Origin: Proteromonas lacertae
Lineage: Eukaryota
Assembly (NCBI GenBank): GCA_002245135.1
Contig: NGBS01001192.1
Location: forward strand, 1-64,000
Direction: 5' to 3'
DNA: 64,000 bases
Positions 1-13,299 of this stretch are shown piece by piece. The first letter of the stretch is position 1, and every line of letters starts with the position of its first letter. Under the pieces are notes generated by a model. The model made no database searches. It had not been told where the DNA came from and saw nothing but the letters and a program-made list of their open reading frames with translations. The translations under genes were made by a program, and so were the position numbers.

Positions 1-270
1 AGCATGAATTTTCTACTTAGTTGATATTGTTACTGTTCTTTATGGTTATAAACGTTTATGTCATAGAATAATACCTTAATCATTCTAATACAGCCACAAA
101 ATCATAAGATATAATTTTTTAGGGGTAGAAACTAAGTAACTTTTTATATAGAATATTGTAATAATAAATTGCAGATTTTGATAAAACCCTAAAAAGATAT
201 AAACCTTATATCTAGTCTATAACTTACTATTGTATAGGTTTTAATATATTCTGATTAGATAGTTTGATAA
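1..270. repeat. Dispersed non-coding repeat, copy A (truncated by window start)
   Basis: 1-101 matches 4146-4247 almost exactly; about 148-270 matches about 6762-6880. Confidence 0.9.
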
Positions 271-552
271 TGAGTGTAATAAAAGGAAGTTGCGCTCTTT
301 CATACGCTACCGCAGAAGTGGATGCTCAAATTAAATACTCAAAAAGTTTTACAGACAGTCAAAATAATAATATTAACTTGATAATAACAAGGAATAATCT
401 GGTCGTTATGCAAAACAACAATATGTGTAGAAGAAAAGAAATTTAATAAAGAAGTAATAGAAGTTGAGGCTAATTACGTAGATGATATACCAACTTTATA
501 CGTTGGCTACTACTTAGATAGTGTTTATGTAATTCAAGTTATAAACAGTAAA

Positions 553-3408
553 ATGTCGATGGTGATTGAAAGCTATAGAAATACCATAATAAGGAAAGAT
601 GATGATTCTGTAATTATTTTTAGAGCTCTTAAAGGACCAGAAAACCCTGTAAACAGAGTAACAGTGTTTACTAATCACTTTATTAGAGATAGAAATATAG
701 AACAAGTTGATTTGGTACCAGTAAGTGTGTGTAGCTTCAAAGAAAAAATATATGGAATATTAAAAAATGACAAGAAAGCAGGATTATATCAAATTAGTGA
801 TGAATACAATATTGTTTTTAGATTATTATCAGAAGTCGAATATGGAACAACAGATATAGCAATTTGTGAGTATAAAGATGAACTATTATATGCAATTATA
901 ACTAATGGCGATCTTTATTATGCACAAAAATCACCACATAAGTTTGCAGCTGTTTATGCTGATGTAGAAAGAATAGAGTCAACAGGACATAGTATTTTAA
1001 TTTTTAAAGGATAGTATCTCAGAATTTGTTATTAGCGAAGGTAATCTTTGTGGATTTGACTTTTTTTCCATATGTTTTTCATGTTGAAAACCCACCTAAA
1101 GAAACTAAATTAGTAGAGGCATATATAGCACAAATTGATATATATTTAGAAAGTAAAAAAAAGTTTCTGATATCAATACATAGCATAACTGGAGATCAAG
1201 AAATAGTTTATAAAAACAAGACCATACATTTACCTAAATCTACATCAGTCGATTTAGTAGAAGGATTTGGAAGATCTACAATTAATTTTCATATGCCAAT
1301 AAAAGACTTCACCGCTGAACTACTGGAAGTTACTCTACATTATGATTTAAATTCAATAAGTATTGGCATAGATATTAATAAATACATTTGTCAAAGGGTA
1401 GTCAATCTTCCTGAAGAAAAACTGAAAGAGATAAAGGTATTACAACAAAATGAAATATGGAAAAGATGTTAAGCTTTCAATCATATTTAAAGAGTTTTCA
1501 GAACAACAATGAAGAATTTGGTATAATTATTGATGGAAATAATAGATTTAGATTCATTTCTGGATTTGAAGCAGAAAAATATATGAGTAATGTAAATACT
1601 AGATCCTTTATAGAAAATCCATTTGAAGAATTAAAAACTTGGTCACACAAATTGCAAAAGGAATAAATACAGTGAAAGAATGGTTTATTAAACAAGGTGA
1701 CTTAATTATCAACGGTATTAAATATGCAATTAAATCTTTAAAAGAAATGGTTTGTGGAATTATGGCTGCTATAGCTCAAATTGGTATAAAGGTGAAGGAG
1801 ATGTACAATGTAATAATTGACATTTTTAATTATGATGATATGAAGAAAACATCTTTTTATGTAAATAGTTTTATAAATAAACAGTTGAAACTATCTCGAG
1901 ATATGATACAATCCAAAGTTAAAAGATCAGCATATTGATGTGGAAAAAATACAAAATACACTTAAAAATGATAGGTTAATGTCTATAACTACTGAAAATA
2001 TGATTAATTTCAAAAACCTAAAGATGATTCACAACAGTTTGATATGATCTACAGGCAATAATTACATTAAAATGCAATAGAGGAAGAGTTTTATACTGTC
2101 AAAAGCAATTATTCAAATGAAATACAAAAATTAATGTCAGACATTATGAATAGTATACCAACAGAAATGCATGAAACTACTAAACTTGGTGAAATTATTA
2201 ATCAAACCTATTAACGAACCAATTCAGTTTAGTAATAATCCTTTAAAAACATTTGCTGAATTTTTTAAATCATTATATAGAGAAATAGCAGAATTAAGTG
2301 GAGAATTAATTAAAGTAGCAAAGGATATAGTAGAGCCAAAGATAGTTGATTTTATCGATATGTTCATAAAACTGCTAAACAAACCTGTAAAAATATCCAA
2401 TCATGTTATTTATATGTTTATTCATACAGATGAAGTGACATATATCTCACTTTTGTCCATGTTGATGGCATTTCCTATTAATGTATGTTATAAATTAATG
2501 AACAAAGAAAAAAAAGGAGCTTTTGTAATTGATGTAACTTCAAAAAGTGATTATTTATACAAAAGTAGATTTATTACTCATGTAATGTTATGTGGTGATG
2601 TAATGGTCAACTTCGCAATGCCTACATATATTGATATTGGTATAAATGGAACAATCACATGGATATCAAGAGTTGTATATTTTATAATGAACGTATCAGA
2701 TTTATATAGTGGATTTTCATATCTATCATTATCATCATTTGTTGTTGGATTGTTTAGTTGGACAAAATATAAGTATTTAAATATATGTGCCTCATTATTC
2801 TGTGCAATTTTATCAATATTATCTGATAATAGAGTGAATAATATATGCACAAATGCATTGATGTTCTTTTGTGATGCTGTTGATGCATTCAAAAGACCTG
2901 GCATTAGCGCAATGCTTCATGTAGCTTCTACAGCATATGCTGCATTTATCTTTGCTTTAAACATGAAAACTTTTTCATTAGTATATGAAACCAAATATTT
3001 AGGTGGAATTCTAGATGGGAAAAGCAGTAGTGTCTATGACACAATAGAAGAGTATTTTAACAATAATATAAATATAAATTATTCATCAGTTATACTAAAT
3101 GCAATTAATGAAACATCACCAATAGCACTTGTTTTTGATTGTGGAGACCCAAGACCTACAATAATACCAATGATTGAAGGACAAATGTATGAGTTAGATA
3201 GAATAAAATCGGTAGAATTACAATATCAAGCAAATGGTACAATAGGATATATTAATATCAATGATAAATACAAAAGCGGAATAATAGATAAAAAATAGAT
3301 AAATTTTACAGAATAGCATTTGAAGATAAAGATAAGATAATCGCTCTTTGTATATTCCAAAGAAAAGAAATTCCATCAGGTATTGGATTTATAGGTGCTG
3401 TGAATTAA
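553..3408 (+). pseudogene. Large intronless hypothetical ORF broken by several frameshifts
   Basis: ORFs 553-1014, 1026-1472, 1457-1666, 1639-1938, 2171-3298 and a shifted tail to TAA 3408 abut or overlap in different frames without clear GT-AG introns. It could be a pseudogene or an error-laden gene. Confidence 0.55.
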
Positions 3409-3504
3409 AGTAACAAAACGTATAAATCTAAACCAATATATACAAATAATAATTATTATTATTACATTTATTTTATCGAAGTATTTTTCTGTCTTCAAAG
3501 CTTA

Positions 3505-3855
3505 TTAAACAAAAGCAAAAAATATAAACATTAAAAAAAACAATTCTATAACTGTCATCCACAAAAATTGGAATTTTTGACATAAGCCATCTTTCATCTT
3601 CCTTGCAAAGAATGTATAATTAGCTTCTATACAACCAAAGAGTGATATTGGTATATTAATTCCAATACCAGCTGAATATCTCATCGTTTGCTTAATATTC
3701 ACCAACTCATTCTTTTTCAAAGATTTTATATTCATCACATTACCAGCTTGAGCATATAATCTAAATCTTGCATTTGTACTCTCAGTTATATTCCATGGGA
3801 TAGGTATAAACAATGATACATTTGCACCAATTGCTGTATTTCCTCCAAGATAATC
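3505..3855 (-). pseudogene. SAM50: 3' fragment of a Sam50/Omp85 beta-barrel gene
   Basis: DYLGGNTAIGANVSLFIPIPW...RLYAQAGN...RYSAGIGINIPISLFGCIEANY resembles the last strands of Sam50/BamA. The 5' part is replaced by the repeat starting at 3851. Confidence 0.7.
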
Positions 3856-4247
3856 ATAGATAAAACAGATAAAACAAAATAATACAAATACACATGTATT
3901 TTTTGTATTGAAAAATAGTCGTTGATTTTTATATATTTTTTGATTTTTATGGGTTGTTCTTCTAGTATACCTTTTTTCTGATGTAAATGTGGATGATCTT
4001 TCAGTATATTTTACTTTGTTACTATTTTTAAAGTCATAAAAATATTTATTCGTTGTACATTGTGTTTCAATGACAATAAAATGTTGATGTACTTTAACAA
4101 AATAATTTACTATACTATACAGACATGATCGAAAGATATAATAATAGCATGAATTTTTCTACTTAGTTGATATTGTTACTGTTCTTTATGGTTATAAACG
4201 TTTATGTCATAGAATAATACCTTAATCATTCTAATACAGCCACAAAA
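3851..4247. repeat. Dispersed non-coding repeat, copy B
   Basis: 3851-4103 is identical by eye to 6457-6709 (253 nt); 4146-4247 matches 1-101. Confidence 0.92.
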
Positions 4248-4283
4248 ATATATATAAATATAAAAAATATTTTATTTAAATAG

Positions 4284-4482
4284 TTGTAGAAGAGGTAGAA
4301 GATACAATAATTATGATCGATATAATAATAATAATAATAATAATCAATCCAGTAGATTATTACCTTCAATTAGACCTCATGTTCGTTCAGTTCAACCAAT
4401 GCAAACATATAAGAACTTTCTCGTATCATTAGACGATGATATTAATCCAGAAAGTGCATTAGAAAAATATCACAATTATTAG
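4284..4482 (+). pseudogene. SRRT: Orphan exon fragment of SERRATE/Ars2
   Basis: After an AT-rich ...AATAG acceptor: CRRGRRYNNYDRY...PMQTYKNFLVSLDDDINPESALEKYHNY*, resembling the Ars2/SERRATE N-terminal motif M(S/T)YKxF...LxDDIxPxxAxx(R/K)YxxY. Confidence 0.6.
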
Positions 4483-4503
4483 AATTAAATGATAAAAAAA
4501 AAA

Positions 4504-6342
4504 CTATAGAATTAATGAGATTATTATCATTACAACAATTACATTCATTGAATAGCAAAATCCATCATCTACATCTGATGAATCATTAGTATATTTCATA
4601 AAATCCAATATTCTATTGATTATCAAATTTAATTTATTATTTGTATCATTTGTCATTTTGTCCAAATCACTCACATATGAATTAAAGTCATTATCATATT
4701 CATAAAAATCAGTTAAATTTCTTTGTATTATATATTTATCATATAAATTTGGTATTGTGAAGAAATGTAATTTACCAAGTTTAGTATTTTCACCCATATC
4801 TTCTCTTTCATTCAAATATATTCCAAATTTTATATAGTCTTTTATTTCTTTATCACTTTCACTTAAATCCATTTCTATTCTTTCAAATATTCTATAATAA
4901 TGATCTTCAACAATATTAACATCATTTACATATCTTTCTTCATGAGTTATGTATTTTCCAATTGGTATTACATTTGTTTCTAAACCAATCAAATTTAAGA
5001 GTTGAGTGTTTTGTTTAATAGTTGATTGTTTCATGTTTTTTACATTTCCTGATATTGTCATACTCATATTATCACCTGATTTTGAAAATTCAATTGTAAC
5101 TTCTTGGAATTTAGGATTAGCAGTTGGACATAATTGTTTTATTGTTTCTCTATTGAAATATTACAATTAAAACATATAGAAATACATTTTATATTCAGTC
5201 TTATTATCACAACCTTCAACTGTCTCTTTCAGAATTATTTTCATTTCATTATCTGTGTCAGAGATTGTTATTGTAGGTGAAGTAACAGTTAAATCAATTT
5301 TCTTTTCAACAAATATCTTTTCTAACACTTTTGCTTTGTTTGATTTAGTTTTTTCAACATATGCAAAATCTTCACCAGATATGAAATATCCTTTATAATA
5401 ATCATTTGTCACATCTTCATAAAACCAACTATCAACAGTACTAGCCTTTATTTCTTTATTTATTATATTTTCGTTAAGATTTCTCATTCTTATTATATCT
5501 TTATATGTATCTTCTATAATTTCTTGATAGTTCGTCAATCGAAGTTCTATCTCTTCTTCCATTCTTTCTTCCTTCATCGATTTTCCCACTAATGATAAAA
5601 ATATATTATCACCAGTTTCATATATTCCTTTATAATAAACAATATCTGATTCTGGAGATAATGAATATAACTTAGTAACAATTTGTGAATCACCACCTAA
5701 TTTCTTTATTGTTATTTCACTATAATCACTCTTATCAACCCATCTAATAATCTTATCAGTTTCTATACTACCATTCAAATTGTCACTGTCTATATCAAGT
5801 CTAAATAAAAATGATATTATTTTATTGTTTTTGATATATATTCCAATTTTGTAACTTATATCGAAAAAACGAGTTTTAACAGGATATGTTTGGGGATTCA
5901 CTTTAACAAGATTAATAAGAGTATCGGCTACTTCTGATAATAATGTATCTGCTATACCACTAACTATTGATATATAAAAATCACCTCGTATTACTTCAAC
6001 TGTTACTGTTTTATTGAAATTTGAGATTCTTGTATTTATATCATTATATAAACCTTCACACTTTGTTTGTAATTCACTCAACTTGAATTCTTTGTTTTTA
6101 GTAATATCACATTTTTTACCACCTGATTTGGCTATTTCAATATCTTGGCTTGAAAACATGAAAAAGGATTTATCATCACTTAGAGTGTGATTGACAGCAT
6201 AATCTTTTGTTTCATCACCCCAATGTGTTTCTTCAATTGAAAATACAAACTTCTTAACCTCTGTTATTGAAACACCTTCAATATATGCCAATTCATCATT
6301 AGTCATGATTACGGTGGGGAAAGTTTGACTTCTTACTTTCAA
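4504..6342 (-). CDS. Putative surface protein with C-terminal hydrophobic tail (GPI-signal-like); 5' end unresolved
   Basis: ORFs 5167-6342 and 4504-5067 join in frame through a 36-nt GT-AG intron (5150-5185); ends ...GFCYSMNVIVVMIIISLIL*. Confidence 0.7.
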
Positions 6343-6456
6343 TGCTGAAAACCAAAAAGAGCAGAAACTAAATCATTTGTCATTATTACACATATCAAAA
6401 ACGTAACTATTAGAAAAAATAATTATATGATATACTCAAAAATGCTCTATTTAGGC

Positions 6457-6880
6457 TAATCATAGATAAAACAGATAAAACAAAATAATACAAATACACA
6501 TGTATTTTTTGTATTGAAAAATAGTCGTTGATTTTTATATATTTTTTGATTTTTATGGGTTGTTCTTCTAGTATACCTTTTTTCTGATGTAAATGTGGAT
6601 GATCTTTCAGTATATTTTACTTTGTTACTATTTTTAAAGTCATAAAAATATTTATTCGTTGTACATTGTGTTTCAATGACAATAAAATGTTGATGTACTT
6701 TAACAAAATTTTACTACTTAGTTGATATTGTTACTGTTCTTTATGGTTATAAACGTTTATGTAGAATATTGTAATAATAAATTGCAGATTCTGATAAAAC
6801 CCTAAAAAGATATAAACCTTATATCTTTTTATATAATTGTATAGATTTTAATATATTCTGATTAGATAGTTTTTGATAAT
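6457..6880. repeat. Dispersed non-coding repeat, copy C (internally deleted relative to A and B)
   Basis: Contains the 253-nt block of copy B, then pieces matching about 14-60 and 148-270 of copy A. Confidence 0.9.
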
Positions 6881-7198
6881 AACTGTTTCAAAATTTCAAA
6901 ATACACTTGTATTACTAGTGTATTATTATATATTTCGAAAATATTAAAAATAGACTATTTTACAATAGAATGATGAAAATGCTTATGCAAAATAACATGC
7001 TCTTCATCATAAAGCTGAGATTTACTCTGTTATTAACATTTTCTAAAATTGAACGAAAATATCCCCCAAAAAATATTATAATCGTTTTTCTTTTTTTCTT
7101 GCTAAATACACATAAGTATTTTTATCTCTTTTATATTTCATTTTGTTTTGTTATGATTTACTGTTTACATTATTAAGAGGTAGTATTATCACACAAAT

Positions 7199-8104
7199 AT
7201 GGATTTTACTAATAATAAGTGGGTTCTGAATAAAGATTCCCTTATTTTAGCTCAATATTTATATAGTATGGCATAATATATTATGTTATAGTGAATAATG
7301 ATGAAGTTAGTCATTTATGGAATATATACATAAAAGAAATAACCAGGTATATTTAACTACCTTTATTTGATAGATTGCTTGAAGAAGAACTTCCTGTGGA
7401 ATCTTTAAGAGCAATGGTTGGTAATAAGGAGCATATGATCACCTTACTTGGTTCTTTGTTTGGTGAAGAACTGTCCTTTAATGATTTTTTCTGGTTAATA
7501 ATTACGCTTTCGTTTTTGCCAATTAAATACACATATTGGTTGTTGTTTGCTTCCTGTGGCATATTTCCATTTGGAGAGTTGAAGAGAGTATAAAATATAA
7601 ATTATTATTATCTATTAAAATATAGAAAGACCTTCATACTTTCTGTAATATTATTGATCCTTCTATCCCTTACAATATAATAGAAAGTGTATTTGATGCT
7701 ATTGACAAGTATATATATCAATAAATATTAATATTTATATAGAAAAGGAAGAAATTGTATATTAATTACCGATTTACTGAAATTATCCTTAAATATTGAA
7801 GAATTATTTCAACCCATTCACCAGCTCAAATCCAAAATCAGAAACACATTTTTCCCTAAACGAATACTCTCCAATATCGAATATAGAAAATTACACATTC
7901 AAGATATCAAATCCTATCAACTAACTCATAACAATAAATTACCTAAATATATGACCTGTATATCACTGTTATTAAATAATCTAAAAATATTCAAATATAA
8001 CCCTTTTAAATATGATTATGAACCGCAAAGAGGATTAGAAGGCGATGAAACTTATATAATTGCAGTAGTTACAAAGGTATGTATGAAATACTTAAACCGC
8101 TGTC

Positions 8105-8137
<33 letters not shown>

Positions 8138-8778
8138 GCAACTGTAACACCACCAACAACAATATCAATAGAAGCAATACCAATAACTTATTGCATTTAA
8201 ATAAAAATAATAGTAAATTAACATCGTTCAATAATCGAATCAGTCAATTAAAACATGATAATTCATCATATGTTTCTGTTAATCGAATAAATCATTTTAA
8301 AGAGAGTATCAGTTATAAAACAACAACAAGTCATTCAAATCAAACTAATAAACAACAACAACAACAACAAACATTAGTATTATCTGAGATGCAAACGACC
8401 AATACAACAAGTGAATATGACGAAATGAGTAATTATAATCTCAATAATCTTCCACCATTAACTCCATCTAGTCAAAAAGCACTTCAAACTGCAGCTTGTT
8501 ATGGAAAATCCAATCGAAGTATGAAAACGAGTATGTTTTCAACAGTAATGGAAGATGAGAGTAGAAGGAGTGTATCAAAATCTGAATCAACAATGGTAGT
8601 GGTTGGAATGGCTAATTCATCATCACATACACCTCAGCAACAATCTGCAATGGCTTCTACTTCACTTTCACCTTTAGCTTCACAGAATAAGAGATATATT
8701 AATTTGAGTAGTGTTAATAATAATAATAATAGAATTGTACATTTGCCTGGAACTTGTTCTGGTGATAGTTCATTTTGA
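7199..8778 (+). CDS. EF-hand-like hypothetical protein, paralog 1, with low-complexity N/Q/S tail
   Basis: Spliced MDFTNNKWVLNKDSLILAQYLY/MNNDEVSHLW...SFNDFFWLIITLS...FDAIDKKGRNCILITDL; four short GT-AG introns; similar to 11743-13097. Confidence 0.7.
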
Positions 8779-8892
8779 ATAAAGAGAGAGAGATGATGAT
8801 GATGTATTTATTAGATTTATTTAAATGTAATGTAATTAAAGTATATTAATATTGTCTATTTTCATCAAAAGAAATAAAAACTTTAAAGTTAT

Positions 8893-10140
8893 TCACATTA
8901 TATTACAATTTGAAGGATAATTAGGTGATTCTAATTTCTTTTTTACTCCAATACAATATATATCATAATCCATAGTAGTCTCTATATGACTGACAGGAAT
9001 CATCTTTATTACAGCTCTTTGATCTATTAATCTACCTTCCCATTTATTTATACTCTATTTTAAACAATAATAATAATAATAATAACATACAATATCTGCA
9101 TCTCTCAATAATCTATTAATTTTATCATTAATCATTGGATATTTTGACCATTCAAAATGCCTTAATCTTTCATCTTCAACATCAATCATCATTATTCCAT
9201 CACTACTATTTAATTTCGATGAATGTAATCTTGTTGGATTGACTGCCTCTTCTTGGTTCAATGTGTAATAATTTATACATAACTATTCACGTAATATATA
9301 ATTTATACTTCATCATAAGCAATTCTTTTTCCTGATCCAACACATTTTGCACATATCTTTCTACCTGTTCCACTACAATCTCTACACCTAAATATATAAA
9401 TTAAATGAATAAATAATAAAAAAATACATCTTTCTACCTGAACCCATACAGTCTCTGCATGCCATTGGATATAAAAAATGAGGACTATTTGGTGGTTAAA
9501 AATATCAATTAAAGAAAACAAAAGATAAAAGAAAATTAAAAATGATATTTGACAATATTCACATTCTACATAACCATTCTTACACATTTCACATAATATT
9601 TTACCATTTCCATCGCATTTATTACATATTATAATTCTCTCAGTATGTGGCAGAGTGTAGTATTGAACTGTATCTTCAAACATTTCAGGATAATCAACTT
9701 CATAATCATATATATCAATATTATCTCGAGTTTTACTATCAATCTAAAAAATAATGCATTATATATATTATATGTCATACACTTAAACCTGCATATTGTT
9801 TCATTTCTGTTCTAATTTGTCGTATTTCATAATAACTCATGACATTTATGTAATAACAAGAAACTTTCTCATACATAAAAGTTTCAATGTTTTTAACCAA
9901 GTCTTTTCTCCAAAACCATGTACTTTCCACATATTTACGAAATAAAAGCTTTACTTCTAACTCATCTACTTCATCATAGTCTATTTTTGGTGGATTTATT
10001 TTATAATAATCATCATAATCATCTATAGGTTCATCATCATCGTTAATGTAACAATAAAAAGCTCTAGGTGGAGGAGATAGAGTTTGTGGAGGTAGAGGTG
10101 GTGCAGGTGTATGATAATCATCTATATAATCATCAAACAT
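8893..10140 (-). CDS. SSUH2: SSUH2-like protein (DnaJ-type CxxCxGxG zinc-finger repeats), copy 1, CaaX end CNIM
   Basis: LPHTERIIICNKCDGNGKILC, CRDCMGSG, CRDCSGTG, CAKCVGSG; ends SPNYPSNCNIM*. Confidence 0.8.
9496..9548 (-). other. U12-type intron with AT-AA termini (53 nt)
   Basis: Donor ATATCATTT, branch-like TTCTTTAAT, ends TTTAA; removal restores CEYCQ|PPNSPHFLYPMACRDC. Confidence 0.65.
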
Positions 10141-10375
10141 AGCAATAAAATCGATAATTAAATATTCGGCTTGATTATTGTTTGAATTTTATTTTATTGA
10201 TAAAAGAAGATATGCTGAATATCAGCTTATTAAAAAGAATATTTAAACAAATACAATAACAGAGTAGAATAAAGAGGATGTAATGGTTTAGTCATTAATA
10301 TATTCAGATGATAAACGACACTATTCTAATAAAATCAAACATCAAAGATATTACAAATAAAAAGCAAGCATTTCT

Positions 10376-11547
10376 TTACATAATTACACATTTAGAAGGA
10401 TAATTAGGTGATTCTATTTTCTTGTTAATACCTATACAGTATATATCATAATTTATATCAGTCAATATATGGCTCAATGGAACCATTCGAATTATTGCTC
10501 TTTGGACTATTAATTTACCTTTTTTATTCTTTATATTCTATTAACAATAATATTATATTATATATATTTACAATATCAATTGTTCCTAGTAACATATTGA
10601 TTGTATCATTGATCATTGGATATAGCGACCATTCAAAATGTTTTATTTTCTTCTCTTGAACATCAATCATTGTTATTCCTTCAGCTTCTTGTACTTTTTC
10701 TGAATCTAATTGAGTTGGATTGATAACTCTGTCACAATTCATTGTATTATATTCTACACATAACTAATAAATAAATAAATAATAATAATAATATATATAT
10801 ACTTCAGTGTATTCTACCATTTTACCTGATCCTACACATCCATTACATATTTTTGTTCCTGTGCCACTACAATCATTGCATCTAATAATAAATAAAATAA
10901 AATAAAAATATTATATATATACATTTTTCTTCCCATTCCCATACATTCTTTGCATTGTTTTGGATCTTCATGATTTATACTACCAACTGGTTGAAATATA
11001 AATTAAATAAACACAAAAAGTTATAAGAATTAAATGATATTTGACAATAACTACATTCATTATAACCATTCTTACACATATAACATATTCTTCTACCATT
11101 TCCACCACAATCTTTACATATTATTTGACTTTCAGTGTGTTCAATACCATGATATTGAGTTGTTTCATCAAACATATTTGGATAGTCAACTTGAATATCA
11201 AATGGATCACCGTCATCTTTACCTGGGATTCTACCATCAATCTAAACACATTACACATATTAGTAATATACTATTTCACCTTTAAATGGTTTTTGTTTTC
11301 TTACAAACTTCCTTGTTTCATAATAACTCTTAACACTAATATGATAACAGTTAACATTCTCAAATTTGGATGTGTTAATGTCAAGTGCCTTTTTCTTTTT
11401 CCAAAGCCATTTCTTTTCTACATAACTACGAAACATTCTCTTAAGTTCGTCTTCATTCACCTTTTCATAGTCAAAATCAGGTGGATTGGTCATATAATAG
11501 TGGCTAGGATCATTTGCTGGAACTACGCCTGTAAAATTAATACTCAT
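10376..11547 (-). CDS. SSUH2: SSUH2-like protein, copy 2, CaaX end CVIM
   Basis: Collinear paralog of 8893-10140 with matching intron positions; ends SPNYPSKCVIM*. Confidence 0.8.
10991..11040 (-). other. U12-type intron with AT-AA termini (50 nt)
   Basis: Donor ATATCATTT, branch-like TTATTTAAT, ends TTCAA; restores CSYCQ|PVGSINHEDPKQCKEC at the same position as in copy 1. Confidence 0.65.
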
Positions 11548-11742
11548 GATCAAGTAATTTTGAAAAACTGAATTTCAGCTTGATTATTGTTTGTATCTCA
11601 TATTTAAAAAATAAACAGATTAAGAACAAACATAACAAATAAATCTGTCTTTTTAATTTATAGTGTAATAATATACCAAATACAACAAATATAAAATTAT
11701 AAATGAAATGATATTTACAAACTACTATAATATTATGTATTA

Positions 11743-13097
11743 TCATACATTACACTGTCCAGGCAATAATATTGTCTTATTACTATTAGGAGTTGTACTA
11801 CTTCCTCCATTCGTATTACCTATTGGGAGTTGAATACTTTCTATCACTTTCATTATCAGAATAAGAAGGGAAAAAAACATACGATTTATTAATCGCATTT
11901 GGAAATGTATTTGGAGCTTCTGTATAATTATTATTATTTTGATTATTATAATTGTTGTTATTATTATATGATGGACCAGTAATACTATATACATTATTAT
12001 TCTTATCAATTTCTACAGCATTTACACTTCTGGTTGAAACAGGCAAATTTGCTAATTGAAAATGTGATTTTCTTGGACAATTGATCGATTTCTCTTTATG
12101 AAATGACGCAGGCTTGATGGTTCGACCACTTTCAATAATTAGTTGATTAACTCTCGGAATACTTCTTCTATCTCTCTTTAAGGATGGGCAATATAATTGA
12201 CATAATTTAAATAAATAAATATCTAACTGTTCACTTACACTACAACTACCGTCATCCATTAATTTATAATTATAAAAATAGGGATGATATGACTTATTAA
12301 AATGTGATAATAATCTTAACCAACAACTATCATGAGTAGGAGGAGAAGCTGTAGAAGAAGCCACTGAATCCACTTTATCTGCCAATTTGTAATGATCAAC
12401 ACGTTTTTCAATTCTTTTACAGGTAGACTCTGATAGAAATACTCTTCGGTAATATTTCCGTGTTTTTATTAGTGGATTGAGTATATTTTCATCTCTTTTG
12501 ATTAATTGAATAAATTCACTGAATATAATGGTTTCGTCGTTGTTTTTATCAAATTCTTTAAAATTTACTTTTATTTCATCGATTGAACATGTAGAACCTA
12601 ATCTAGAACAGATTGTACAGACATTCGTCTATTAATAATAAATAAATATATAATTATTATACAAATGATATTTTGAAAAAAGGATTAATTTGGCAAGCTG
12701 CTATTATAACTACAAAAATTAATTTGATTATGTTATACTTTTTGTCAGTTCATCAAATTCTAGAAGTGAAATCGTTACTACTACCCAGAAGAAATCTGGA
12801 AATGATAAATCATATGCTACAAATTAACAAATACAAGGAAATACGATATCGGGTTATTAGTATGGAAGTAACATCTTCCACTGGTTCTAATATGTGTAAT
12901 AACCTCTTCTTTAGGATCTTTCCTCTATCACAGTATATAAAAAAGTAAAATACTTCTTTGGACTAAAGGACATGAATATTTTGTATAATTTATTTACTTC
13001 TCTATTATTAACTACGAGAAAAATTGTATCAAAATATACAATAGAGATATTGAGCCAAAAATAGAGCATCACCCCCTAATAACATCTGTGCATCCAT
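11743..13097 (-). CDS. EF-hand protein, paralog 2
   Basis: MDAQMLLGGDALFLAQYLY/FNNREV...SFPDFFWVVVTIS...FKEFDKNNDETIIFSEF (EF-hand loop)...ILLPGQCNV*; probable 1-nt indel near 11819. Confidence 0.7.
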
Positions 13098-13299
13098 GTT
13101 AACTATTTATATAATTAATTGAGGTATAATGTAGAAAGAATTAATGAGCGAATCATTAGCTACTGATGATATAACGTTATATTAAATGTAATTTTGTCCG
13201 TTTTATTATATAATATTGATTTTCTCATTTTTTGATTTCCCACAATAGAGAATGGTAAAAATAAATATTAAAAATTATATGTAATACAAATGTCTCTCT

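Noticed and set aside
3851..6880. Direct repeats as LTRs or a CRISPR array
   Set aside because: No TG...CA ends, primer-binding site or gag/pol between them; no regular repeat-spacer periodicity.
11034..11571. Plus-strand ORFs here, and similar ones at 13306-13713, 21712-22044, 28314-28749 and 44025-45150
   Set aside because: Antisense shadows of well-supported genes on the other strand.
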